Origin: a virus
Length of the DNA: 64,000 nt
IMG/VR virus record: IMGVR_UViG_3300044712_001218
Coordinates: 1 to 64,000 of that record
Direction: 5' to 3' (one strand)
Positions 7,418 through 17,297 of the stretch are shown here, in pieces (the stretch's first letter is position 1; each line of letters opens with the position of its first letter). A program made the position numbers and the translations under genes. The notes under the pieces were generated by a model, which worked only from the letters and a program-made list of their open reading frames with translations, made no database searches and had not been told where the DNA came from.

Positions 7418-7771
7418 ATGAAAGTACTGGCTAAAGCTCACCCTAATAAGAAGTATATCTACCATAACAACTTAGATAAACTATATCTGGAGGCGAGACT
7501 GGAAAATAATAAAGTCAGTTTTGTAGAAGTCTCTACTACCGTTCCTATTAAGGAACATCTATTAAAAGAAGAGACCGTCTTATCTTTATTCCCAGTGGAT
7601 GTGGAAGAAACCAGTAGACCCTTCTTAATTCAGGAAAACTTGGATTTCTATGCTATCTTACATAGAGATAAACCAAGGTATCAAAAAAGATTTATTGAAC
7701 TTAAAACCGGAAATAGTAATGGAACCTTATCCCGAACAAGTCCCTCGTTGGGCCGGCTTAGCCACCGATGA
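7418..7771 (+). CDS. Hypothetical protein
   Basis: ORF in operon. Confidence 0.6.
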   Translation: MKVLAKAHPNKKYIYHNNLDKLYLEARLENNKVSFVEVSTTVPIKEHLLKEETVLSLFPVDVEETSRPFLIQENLDFYAILHRDKPRYQKRFIELKTGNSNGTLSRTSPSLGRLSHR

Positions 7772-9362
7772 CGAAGGGAGTAAATCTATCAGGGTATTAT
7801 TTCCATTTAATGAGGAAGACTTAAGAAATGTTAAGAGTCTTCCTTCTAGAAGATGGGATGCCAAGAATAGATGTTGGTATGTTCCTTATTCCATTCAGAG
7901 TGCCCAAAGACTAAAGGAATGGGGTTTTAATATAGGGGCTGGTCTTCTTAAGAGAATTGAACAGTCCATGGAAGAATCTACCAAGATTGATATTACGAAA
8001 CTTGACAAGTTGAATATTCCTGGTTTAAAAGGGGAACTTAGACCATTCCAAAAGCAGGCAGTATTGTTTACCGAAATGAAAGAGGGTAGAATACTCAACG
8101 CGGATGAAATGGGAATGGGAAAAACGGTAGAGACTCTGGCATGGATTCAACTTCATAGGGATAGAATTCCGGTAGTCATTGTTTGTCCGGCTACTCTTAA
8201 GTGGAATTGGGAAAGGGAAACTATTAAGTGGTTACCAGATCCAAAGGTTCAGGTATTAGAGGGAACTAAACCCTACCGTATTACCGGAAGGATTATCATA
8301 TTGAATTATGATATTCTTCCTAACTGGGTTCAAACGTTAAAAGCCTTACATCCTCAGATTCTTATTACAGATGAAAGCCATTACTTTAAATCCAATAAGG
8401 CTAAAAGAACCAAGGCTATTAAACAATTAGGGAAGAATATACCCCATGTCCTTGCTTTATCCGGCACCCCGATCGTTAACCGGCCGGTGGAAGCTTTTAA
8501 TGCCATTCATCTGGTTAATCATAATATTGTTCCTACCTATTGGGAATTTGCCCAAAGGTATTGTGCCCCCAAACATAATGGGTATGGTTGGGATTTCAGT
8601 GGAGCAAGCAATACAGATGAGTTACATGAATTACTTATCAATAGCATTATGATTAGAAGGCTTAAGAAGGATTATTTAAAGGAGCTGCCTGACAAAGTAC
8701 ATTCCTTTATCCCTATTGAGTTAGATAATCAGGGAGAATATAACCTTGCTGAATCTGACTTTATTTCCTTTGTAAGGAATAGTAAAGGGAGAGAAGCAGC
8801 TGAACGGGCATCCAATGCTCAGGCATTTGCAGAAATTGAAGGATTAAAACAGATTGCCGTCAAAGGAAAAATCAGTCAGGCTGTCACATGGGTGGAAGAT
8901 TTCTTTACTTCTGACTCAGGTAAGCTGGTTGTTTATGCCAGACATAAATTTGTTATAGATGCGTTAATGACTGTCTTTAATGAGATTGCTGTTAAAATAG
9001 ACGGGTCTATTGCCGTTAATAAAAGACAGAATGTTATTGATCAATTCCAGAATAATCCTGATGTAAAATTAATTGTGATCAGTGATGCCGGAGGAGTTGG
9101 TATTACTCTTACTGCTGCTTCTACCATTGCTATACTTGAATTGCCATGGACTCCGGGGCAACTTGATCAGATTATTGACCGGCTTCATCGTATTGGACAA
9201 AAGGATACAGTAAACATCTATTATCTTCTTGCTCGTGATACCATTGAGGAAAAGATTGCTTATCTGCTTGATAAAAAAAGAAAAGTGATCAGCAGTGTAC
9301 TTGATGGAGAAGATGTGGAAATGGAATCATTACTTATGGAACTTATGAATGAATATAATTAA
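7719..9362 (+). CDS. SNF2/HARP-like SF2 helicase (start uncertain, 7650 or 7719)
   Basis: LRPFQ, ADEMGMGKT, DESH, LSGTP, GVGITLT, QIIDRLHRIGQ; N-terminal HARP-like domain. Confidence 0.92.
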   Translation: MEPYPEQVPRWAGLATDDEGSKSIRVLFPFNEEDLRNVKSLPSRRWDAKNRCWYVPYSIQSAQRLKEWGFNIGAGLLKRIEQSMEESTKIDITKLDKLNIPGLKGELRPFQKQAVLFTEMKEGRILNADEMGMGKTVETLAWIQLHRDRIPVVIVCPATLKWNWERETIKWLPDPKVQVLEGTKPYRITGRIIILNYDILPNWVQTLKALHPQILITDESHYFKSNKAKRTKAIKQLGKNIPHVLALSGTPIVNRPVEAFNAIHLVNHNIVPTYWEFAQRYCAPKHNGYGWDFSGASNTDELHELLINSIMIRRLKKDYLKELPDKVHSFIPIELDNQGEYNLAESDFISFVRNSKGREAAERASNAQAFAEIEGLKQIAVKGKISQAVTWVEDFFTSDSGKLVVYARHKFVIDALMTVFNEIAVKIDGSIAVNKRQNVIDQFQNNPDVKLIVISDAGGVGITLTAASTIAILELPWTPGQLDQIIDRLHRIGQKDTVNIYYLLARDTIEEKIAYLLDKKRKVISSVLDGEDVEMESLLMELMNEYN

Positions 9363-9374
9363 AAACTTAGTAAA

Positions 9375-9665
9375 ATGAAAACTGTAAAATTCAAAAAATG
9401 GATTTGTACCATTCATATTCATCATTATCTGAATGGTCGTCCAGCAATCCAATTAAGAAGTGCTGACAAACTCGATCCGGGTCCGGTATTAACTGCTACT
9501 GTCAATCTTCCTGAAATCCCTATCGAAACAGATGAGGTAATTATTAAGGATTATTCTGAAAATGAAGGAATATTGGAAGTTCTTATTGAGGCCGGTATTA
9601 TAAGTGAACCAAACTGGACTATAAAAAGTGATCATGTAACCTTTCCTGTTTGTAGACTGCTATGA
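9375..9665 (+). CDS. Hypothetical protein (DUF4313-like)
   Basis: Y..GR.AI.L, TVNL, IKDYSENEG pattern. Confidence 0.6.
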   Translation: MKTVKFKKWICTIHIHHYLNGRPAIQLRSADKLDPGPVLTATVNLPEIPIETDEVIIKDYSENEGILEVLIEAGIISEPNWTIKSDHVTFPVCRLL

Positions 9666-9957
9666 AAATATACTTCACCAAACATGCCTTAACCAAAGGT
9701 ATTATCACTCAGGAATGTAATGAGAGGGATTGGAAAATTAAAGGAAATTGTTTAACCCAATACCATTCCTCTCTCTCTATAATGTGAATCCTATTACTAA
9801 ATCCAAAGTAAGGATACCTCTACAATATTGGTATCGTCCTGATTGGCATTTAGATAAACAGGAAGCAATAGCTCAAGCAGAATATATGCGTGGTAAAGCC
9901 ATACAAGCTATTCAAAGGAGATTAGATCGGTTAAATAATCTTAAATTTATATTATAA
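9662..9957 (+). pseudogene. Frameshifted small phage protein
   Basis: N-terminal MKIYFTKHALTKGI and C-terminal WH...EAIAQAEYMR...L are in different frames, with (CT)5 at 9769-9778 in the overlap. Confidence 0.55.
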
Positions 9958-10133
9958 TGAAAGAGGAAATATGTGATTTGATTGCTGGTTATAAAAGAAA
10001 AATCAGGATCAAACAAAAACAGATAGAATATAATGAGAAGTTAGGAAAAGGAGGAGTATGTATTTCAATTAATGGCGAAATACAAATGCTAAATGCTGTT
10101 ATTTCTGATCTACAAAAGATTGCTTATAAATGA
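9957..10133 (+). CDS. Hypothetical protein (58 aa)
   Basis: TAATG and ATGA coupling on both sides. Confidence 0.55.
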   Translation: MKEEICDLIAGYKRKIRIKQKQIEYNEKLGKGGVCISINGEIQMLNAVISDLQKIAYK

Positions 10134-11062
10134 ATATAATTGAATTATATAGAGATTTTAATGTACCTCATGCTACAGAAGGTCACAAACATTGCAGACC
10201 GGGATGGGTAAATGTAGAGTGCCCTTTTTGTACAGGAAACCCCGGTCTACATTTGGGTTATAACTTAGCATCCGGTGGATTCGTTTGTTGGAGATGTGGT
10301 TGGCATCCGCCAATCCTTACTATCAGTAAACTTATTCATATATCAGAACCGGAGGCAAAAGCCCTTATAAAATTATACGGTGGTATTGTTTCTTCTGCCA
10401 AATTTACCCCTATTACTAAAATTAAGGGCAAAGATCACCAATTACCTAGCAATACAAGCCCTTTACAATCAAATCACCGGCATTATTTAGAAGGACGTGG
10501 ATTTGATCCTGATAAATTGATTAAAGAGTGGAATTTGCTTGGAACCGGCCCCATTTCTCTTCTATCTACTGGAAAAGGAAAAGATAAAAAAGAAATTAAT
10601 TTTAAACATAGGATTATTGCCCCTATTATTTGGGATGGAATAGAGGTATCCTTTCAGGGAAGAGATATTACTGATAAGGCTAGTTTAAAATATATTACCT
10701 GTCCCAAAGATCGGGAACTAATATTTCATAAACATATTTTATATGGAAAACAAGAATATTGGAAGGAATCTGTTATACTCGTTGAAGGGATCACTGACGT
10801 ATGGAGATTTGGAAGATATAGTATGGCTTGTTTTGGTATTAAATTCACTCCAGTTCAGGTACGAGAAATCGCTAAAAGATTTAGAACCGTGGCAGTCTGC
10901 TTTGATGGTGGCGAATTACAGGCTATTAGTCAATCTAATAAAATCGTTGCAGAATTACGCTTCCGGGGAGTCGATGCCTTCAGAGTGGATATAGAAGGTG
11001 ATCCCGGAGAAATGAAACAAGAAGAAGCTGATTATTTAGTTAACCAATTAATAAAAACTTAG
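10130..11062 (+). CDS. DNA primase (Zn finger plus TOPRIM)
   Basis: CPFC...CWRCG, YLEGRG, RIIAPI, FQGR, VEGITD, CFDG. Confidence 0.88.
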   Translation: MNIIELYRDFNVPHATEGHKHCRPGWVNVECPFCTGNPGLHLGYNLASGGFVCWRCGWHPPILTISKLIHISEPEAKALIKLYGGIVSSAKFTPITKIKGKDHQLPSNTSPLQSNHRHYLEGRGFDPDKLIKEWNLLGTGPISLLSTGKGKDKKEINFKHRIIAPIIWDGIEVSFQGRDITDKASLKYITCPKDRELIFHKHILYGKQEYWKESVILVEGITDVWRFGRYSMACFGIKFTPVQVREIAKRFRTVAVCFDGGELQAISQSNKIVAELRFRGVDAFRVDIEGDPGEMKQEEADYLVNQLIKT

Positions 11063-11067
11063 AAATC

Positions 11068-11745
11068 ATGAGAACAAAAAAGTTTATGTCTACCTTTTAT
11101 AAAGTAGACGAAATAAAAAGAGAGGATAATAAAATTACACTTTCTTTAAATCAATATGATCGAATGGATGATGAATCTGAAGAAAGAGGATCACCAAACT
11201 ATAAATGGGATTATAAGATAGAATTAGAAATAACAAATCATTGTTTTCGGCTACAAAAAATTCATCCATTTCATACTATGAATACAGCTGATGCTAATTT
11301 TACTATACGGATAGATACCATAAATAATCAGTTATATATTGATTTTGAATAAACAATTAATATTATGACAAGAGAACAAGAACTTAAATTGAAGGAGGAA
11401 CTGACTAAAAAGTTTGATCCTTTATCCATTCAGGTAGCAACCAACGCTATTGTACGGTATGAAGTAGAAATTTCTTATTTAGAAACCACTTGGAAAAAAG
11501 GATTGGTTTTCCTTAATGAACTGAATAAATTAGGATATAGAATAACTAAAAAATAACTAAAAATGAAAACAATAGTAGTACAATGGAGAAAAACATTACC
11601 TGATGATCTTTATGATCAAGAAATGAGGGTAATGGCTAGTGGGCATCCTCGTTTTGTACCGGGATCAAGATTTGATTTCGGGTTCTTCCAAATAGCTACA
11701 AATGAAGGGTACACTATAATCTCATTACCTTATGAAAACAATTAA
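11068..11745 (+). CDS. Three small hypothetical ORFs (11068-11352, 11365-11556, 11563-11745)
   Basis: Tightly packed co-oriented ORFs. Confidence 0.6.
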
Positions 11746-12271
11746 CTTAGCATGGGGGCTTCATGACTTTATGAAGCTTCCCGGCGATTCCAAGTACGGG
11801 GTGGATAAATGGAAGTGTAGAAAATGTGGAGTGATCGGTCTACGAGTTGGATTTTCTCAATTCATTGACGTGGATCAAACAGTATCTGATCAAATTGTTC
11901 ATAATTGTAATTTACAAACAGAAATGAATAAATTAAATGCTACACATATCATTATCTACCTTGATAGAAGCCACCCTGATCTGGAAATAAAATCAGTACA
12001 TCCCTTAATTACTCCTCCTCCGGGGAAACAACATTGGAATGGAGGAGTGTGGATTGCCCACCCAGTAGATAAACATCCAATACTAATTCCTTATGGGGAA
12101 TTCATGATTTATTGGAAAGACCCTACTCATACTATGGTCAGGGCTAAGAAATCTGAACCTACTATGACCAGATTAAAAAGAAATCCTCCTCCAGCCCCTA
12201 AAATGACAAGGGGAAAGAAGGAAGAGATTAAACCAGTAATGACCAGAAATAAACAAAAACCATTATTATGA
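11732..12271 (+). CDS. Hypothetical Zn-ribbon protein with four C-terminal MxRxK repeats
   Basis: CRKCG; MVRAKK, MTRLKR, MTRGKK, MTRNKQ. Confidence 0.7.
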   Translation: MKTINLAWGLHDFMKLPGDSKYGVDKWKCRKCGVIGLRVGFSQFIDVDQTVSDQIVHNCNLQTEMNKLNATHIIIYLDRSHPDLEIKSVHPLITPPPGKQHWNGGVWIAHPVDKHPILIPYGEFMIYWKDPTHTMVRAKKSEPTMTRLKRNPPPAPKMTRGKKEEIKPVMTRNKQKPLL

Positions 12272-12380
12272 CTCCTGATCCTATCTTTTATCTCATCTAC
12301 CGTATTATATGGTGGGCTATTAGTATAGCAGTGATATTCCTTGTATATCTTATTTTCTATCCACCAGATAAAAAAGAAGA

Positions 12381-12794
12381 ATGATTAGATATTGCCTCAC
12401 TCCCGGATGTCATAATAGGGCAATACCAAAAAGGAAGTATTGTCACACCTGTCATCACAGAAAATGGAAAGAGAAATATCCCATCAAGTATGCTTTTCAG
12501 ACTCATAAAGACAATGCTCGTAGGAGAGGGAAGGAATATTCTCTCACCTACGAGCAATTTTGTGCCTTTGTAATAAGGGTCGATTATATGACCAAGAAAG
12601 GAATACATAGAGACTCTTATCATATTGATAGGGTAATAGAAGAAGAAGGGTATCATGAATGGAATCTACAGATATTACCGAATGCTGCTAATGTCAGGAA
12701 GTATTTACATTATCGCTGGGATGAAGAAACCAGGAAAATGGTATATGATGTAAAATTAGTCAAACAAATAGAAGATGATAATAATCCATTTTAA
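12381..12794 (+). CDS. HNH-like endonuclease
   Basis: N-terminal Cys cluster; HIDR...GYHEWNLQIL...N. Confidence 0.65.
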   Translation: MIRYCLTPGCHNRAIPKRKYCHTCHHRKWKEKYPIKYAFQTHKDNARRRGKEYSLTYEQFCAFVIRVDYMTKKGIHRDSYHIDRVIEEEGYHEWNLQILPNAANVRKYLHYRWDEETRKMVYDVKLVKQIEDDNNPF

Positions 12795-12806
12795 AACAAT
12801 TAATGT

Positions 12807-13318
12807 ATGAAACAATTAACAAGTAAACAAGCAATAGCTTTCCATGACAGTAAAGTATGGGAAAGTTGGACGGATGAACAAATAGCAGGCTTTCAATTAT
12901 TTCAAAAATACCTAGCTGTGCCTTTTGATAGATTTCATCAAGCTATGGAAAAAGTATTAGGAAGACTAATTTTTACTCATGAATTTGGGTCTGCCGGAAA
13001 TCTTGAAAAGGAATTTTTAGGATTGAAAAAAGCTCCCACTTTTGAAGAAATATTAAACCTAATTCCTAAAGATAAACAAATAATAATTGGCATATGAATA
13101 ATTCCACGGAAATGACTCGTTCCACTTCTCCAAGGTACAAACACATAAGTGCTAGGAAAGCTGCTATCAGAAGTGCTATGGCAGTAAATAATGTTTTAAC
13201 AGAATATTATCTTTTCACTAAATCGGACGAAGAGGTCCTATGTTTCGTCCATCCTGCGTATCGACAGGAAATAGGAGATAAACTGGGCATTTCCACCATT
13301 AAAAGGCATGGGTGGTAA
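12807..13318 (+). CDS. Two hypothetical proteins (12807-13097, 13094-13318)
   Basis: ORF track; ATGA coupling. Confidence 0.65.
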
Positions 13319-13383
13319 ATTGATCAGGAATGCCTTATATTCCTTATAAAATTGATATGTTTTTAAATTCATATCAAGGAAAA

Positions 13384-13415
13384 TTTGGAGGTATTAATGG
13401 TGATATTTATCTTTG
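13384..13415 (+). promoter_or_regulatory. Bacteroidota consensus promoter
   Basis: Exact TTTG-N20-TATCTTTG in the intergenic region upstream of the initiator gene. Confidence 0.65.
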
Positions 13416-13588
13416 ATCTGTTATTAAAAAATAGTGCGAGTCATGGAAAAGATACTAAGATATTCATCGTTAATGCCTCCAACAAGGCATTCAATTACCC
13501 ACAAAAGGATCATGACTCGCAATCAAACCTTAGTGGGTTTTTGTTTGTCTCTTGGGGGCATTTTTTCATTTCATAATTTAATTTCATT

Positions 13589-14320
13589 ATGGAAAGATTA
13601 AAAGCTCCTTCTCATATCAGATATGCCTTGGAATTATTTTCCTCAGATGCTTATCTCACCATTAACAAGAAACTCCTTCAACATTATGGTCCTAATATAG
13701 CAGTATTCCTATCTAATTTGGTGGATAAATATAAATACTTTAAGGAAAAAGGATTATTGGAAGATGACCGATTTTTCCAAACTCATAAACAACAAATGGA
13801 ATGGACTGGTTTAACCATCGAAAAACTTAGATCATGTAAGGTACTTTTAATAAAGGATGGGGTACTTGATTCTCTTATGAAAGGCTTGCCTCCTAAGGAA
13901 TGGTTCTATATTGATTTTGACAAATTAATGACAATTATATATCCCACGAATATTCGTCGGAAAACACGACGATTGATCATCGGAAAACACGACGAATATA
14001 AGGATAATAAATTTAAGGATAATAAAAATTATATAAAAAGTTTTGACAAAAAGACAATTCCTCCAACAATAGATATGGTCAAGGAGTATTGTAAGGAAAG
14101 AAGAAACAAAATCAATCCAGAAACCTTTATAGATTTCTACACCATGAAAGACTGGATGGTTGGTAAGACTAGAATGAAGGATTGGCAGGCAGCAGTCAGG
14201 ACATGGGAAAAGAACCACCAGAATGGAAATAATAGACCAAAGTATGCTTCTTCTGATGAAGACGATTATGATGATAAACCCTTACCTGACCACATAAAGA
14301 AATTATACGATAAAAGATGA
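13589..14320 (+). CDS. Phage replication initiator-like protein
   Basis: N-terminal HTH-type domain; C-terminal PPT..V..YC.ER...F.DFY...W.VGK..MKDWQAAVRTWE; directly upstream of the helicase. Confidence 0.75.
   Translation: MERLKAPSHIRYALELFSSDAYLTINKKLLQHYGPNIAVFLSNLVDKYKYFKEKGLLEDDRFFQTHKQQMEWTGLTIEKLRSCKVLLIKDGVLDSLMKGLPPKEWFYIDFDKLMTIIYPTNIRRKTRRLIIGKHDEYKDNKFKDNKNYIKSFDKKTIPPTIDMVKEYCKERRNKINPETFIDFYTMKDWMVGKTRMKDWQAAVRTWEKNHQNGNNRPKYASSDEDDYDDKPLPDHIKKLYDKR
13957..14026 (+). repeat. Iteron-like direct repeats (candidate origin)
   Basis: TCGGAAAACACGACGA at 13957 and 13980; TAAGGATAATAAA at 13999 and 14014. Confidence 0.6.
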
Positions 14321-15852
14321 TTGAAAGGAAACTTATACAGGGTCTTATTATATCCACCCAATTCATTCAGCGTATTTATCAACACTGGAACATCCAGTTA
14401 ATTGAATCATCTGCTGCAAAAAGATTGGCTTCATGGATCATTATTTATTACGAGCAGTATAATAAAGCCCCGGGCAAGGATATAGAAGGAATATTCCTTG
14501 AACGGGCAAGACTACTTGCTCCTGATCTTGCAGAAGATATTGAAAATATATTAGCAGAATTAAGTGATGAGTTTGAAGAGGAAGGATTAAACATAGATTA
14601 TTTAGTAGACCAAACCATAAAATATTTTAATGAACGTTCCCTCACTATTTTATGTGATCAGATACAGGCTAATCTACAAAATGGTGATTTAATTGAAGCA
14701 GAAAAACTAGCTATTGGGTATAAGAATATACAAAAGCAGACTGGTACATGGGTTGATCTAGGTTCTCCGGAGGTAATGGAAAAGATTGACCAAGCTTTTG
14801 ATATAAGCAACCAAGTGCTTATAAAATATCCACGAGCATTAGGAGAATTTTGGAATGATCAGCTGGTTAGGGGTGGCTTTGTTGCACTCATGGCTCCTGA
14901 AAAACGCGGCAAAACCTTTTGGTTGCTTGATCTTGCTATCCGAGCAGCAAGACAAGGCAGGAGAGTGGCATTCTTTCAAGCAGGAGATATGAGCGAAGGA
15001 CAGCAATTAAAGCGGATTGGTGTTTATCTGACTAAAAAGAGCAATATTGAGAAGTATTCCGGAAAGATGTTTGAACCGGTAAAGGATTGTATATTTAACC
15101 AGATGGGTACCTGTAAGAAAAAAGAAAGGGAATGTGACTCAGCTGTTTTTGAAGGAAGGACGGAAAAGGAATTAAGAAGAGAAATTACCATTGATGAGTT
15201 AAAAGAGGCCTATGAAGAGAATCCTGATTATTCTGCCTGTACTAATTGTGCGGAATATGAAGGTTCCAAATGGGGGTGTGTTTGGTTAAAGGAAGTTAAT
15301 ACCGGGGCTCCCTTAACCAGTACAGAAGCCAAGGAAGCGGTAGGGGAATTCTTCGCCAAAGAATCAAGAAACTTTAGATTATCCACTCATGTCAACGGTA
15401 CCTTAACCGTCAGGGAAGCCTCCTCTATTCTGGAGATATGGGAAAGGCAGGATAATTTTGTGCCTGATGTCATTCTCTTTGACTACGCTGACATTATGAT
15501 GGATAATGATCATACCAAAGAATTCCGACATAAACAGAATAACATATGGATGCAGCTTAGGGGATTATCACAGGAAAGATTTGCTTTGGTTATTACCGCT
15601 ACTCAGGCTGACGCTAACAGTTATACCAAGGATTTATTAAAACTGGAAAACTTCTCAGAGGACAAAAGGAAATATGCTCATGTAACCGCTATGTATGGCC
15701 TTAACCAAGATCATAATGGAAGGGAGAAGGCAATAGGTATTATGAGAATAAATGAGTTGGTGGTAAGGGAAGGAGACTTTAACAATAAGAATCAGATTAA
15801 CGTACTACAGAATCTTAAAAGAGGCATTCCATTCATTGGGAGCTATTGGTGA
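14317..15852 (+). CDS. dnaB: DnaB-like replicative helicase
   Basis: APEKRGKT Walker A, DYAD, TATQA motifs; Cys-rich insertion. Confidence 0.85.
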   Translation: MIERKLIQGLIISTQFIQRIYQHWNIQLIESSAAKRLASWIIIYYEQYNKAPGKDIEGIFLERARLLAPDLAEDIENILAELSDEFEEEGLNIDYLVDQTIKYFNERSLTILCDQIQANLQNGDLIEAEKLAIGYKNIQKQTGTWVDLGSPEVMEKIDQAFDISNQVLIKYPRALGEFWNDQLVRGGFVALMAPEKRGKTFWLLDLAIRAARQGRRVAFFQAGDMSEGQQLKRIGVYLTKKSNIEKYSGKMFEPVKDCIFNQMGTCKKKERECDSAVFEGRTEKELRREITIDELKEAYEENPDYSACTNCAEYEGSKWGCVWLKEVNTGAPLTSTEAKEAVGEFFAKESRNFRLSTHVNGTLTVREASSILEIWERQDNFVPDVILFDYADIMMDNDHTKEFRHKQNNIWMQLRGLSQERFALVITATQADANSYTKDLLKLENFSEDKRKYAHVTAMYGLNQDHNGREKAIGIMRINELVVREGDFNNKNQINVLQNLKRGIPFIGSYW

Positions 15853-15875
15853 AAATTAATTTAATAAATAAAATT

Positions 15876-16895
15876 ATGAAAGTAGAGGTAAAAGTAAAAG
15901 ATTTATTTCCTAATCCATATCGTAATATGAAAGAATATCCAGTGGATAGAGAAAAAATAGAAGCCCTTAAAAACTCAATAGAACAAACTGAATTTTGGGA
16001 TAATTTAGTAGCAAGAAAAGAAAATGGACAAATTCAAATTGCTTATGGTCATCATAGATTGATAGCTTTACAAGAGTTAGAGATAGAAAAAATCGGAATT
16101 ACTATAAGAGATTTAGATGATTCCACAATGCTTCAAATAATGGCCAATGAAAATATGGAGCAATGGAGTAGTTCTACTTCTGTAGTAATTGAAACCGTCA
16201 AAGCTACCCGGGATTTTCTAAACTCGGAATTGGCGAAGTATGATAGCTGGGAGGAATTTAGAGCTAATAGATTTATTAGCTCACTTATTGATGGTGAAAG
16301 AGGTTATAGAAGTGCTAAAGGGCAAGGTGTCGGTCAAACCACCATCCTCAAGTTCTTAGGGAAGAACTGGGAAAAGAAACAACATTTGATTCAGGATGCG
16401 TTGCATACATTGGATCTTATCAAAGATGATATAATTGATGAAAAGGCGATAAAACAATTAGAGGTAAAACATTTAAAAGAATTTACCTCCAACGTTGAAA
16501 AAAATAAGACATCAAAAAAAGACCAAGTAAAATATGCTAAAATAATAAAAGAGGAAGAAGTAAAAGCAAATAAAGTTAAAGATATTTTTGTGCGAGAAAA
16601 ATATGAAACACCTAAAAAAAATAAACTAGAATTAGATAATAGAAAAATAAAATTTGAGGATATAATAGCAGAAACAACTAATAATGCTGATGAATTATCT
16701 GAAAAACTAAAAATAATAATAAAATATAAAGAAGATTTTGATTCTGTTTACTATAGACAAACTATAGAGCGTCTTCGATTATTAATGAGTATAGATTCAT
16801 TAAAAAAACAATTTGTAATATTAACTAAACAAATAAAAGAATATGAAGAAGAAACCGTCACTGGAGAAGATGATACTCTCCGTATTGGAAGATGA
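15876..16895 (+). CDS. ParB/Srx N-terminal domain protein
   Basis: PNPYR, L..SI...., IAYGHHRL.A, ANEN. Confidence 0.8.
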   Translation: MKVEVKVKDLFPNPYRNMKEYPVDREKIEALKNSIEQTEFWDNLVARKENGQIQIAYGHHRLIALQELEIEKIGITIRDLDDSTMLQIMANENMEQWSSSTSVVIETVKATRDFLNSELAKYDSWEEFRANRFISSLIDGERGYRSAKGQGVGQTTILKFLGKNWEKKQHLIQDALHTLDLIKDDIIDEKAIKQLEVKHLKEFTSNVEKNKTSKKDQVKYAKIIKEEEVKANKVKDIFVREKYETPKKNKLELDNRKIKFEDIIAETTNNADELSEKLKIIIKYKEDFDSVYYRQTIERLRLLMSIDSLKKQFVILTKQIKEYEEETVTGEDDTLRIGR

Positions 16896-17280
16896 ATTGA
16901 ATGAATCAACTTCATCATTTTTAACTATTCCTAATATAGCAGAGGCCATATATGGATATGGATATGGAAAAAGAACTGCTTTTATTTATAATAAACAAAT
17001 AAGAGAAAGAATGGGAAAAGTTCGATTATTAGCAGAACAAAATGGAATGATAGTGATTCCTTTAAGAAAGGCAATCAAAAACGATCCATCAAAGAAATTT
17101 AGAATAGTTGGATGGAAAATTGCAGATGAAAGTGATCAAAAATATATATTTGATGAATTATTATTTATAAAAAGAAAGGGAGAAGAACATTCCAATACTT
17201 TTTTAAAATTAAAAACAGAAGCAAAACAACAGGGAATCCTGACTTATGAAAAAATAAGAGAGTTGAGAGAATTAAACTAA
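16843..17280 (+). CDS. Hypothetical protein (possible HTH)
   Basis: ORF overlapping the end of the ParB-domain gene. Confidence 0.65.
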   Translation: MKKKPSLEKMILSVLEDELNESTSSFLTIPNIAEAIYGYGYGKRTAFIYNKQIRERMGKVRLLAEQNGMIVIPLRKAIKNDPSKKFRIVGWKIADESDQKYIFDELLFIKRKGEEHSNTFLKLKTEAKQQGILTYEKIRELRELN

Positions 17281-17297
17281 TCTAAATATCTAAATAT

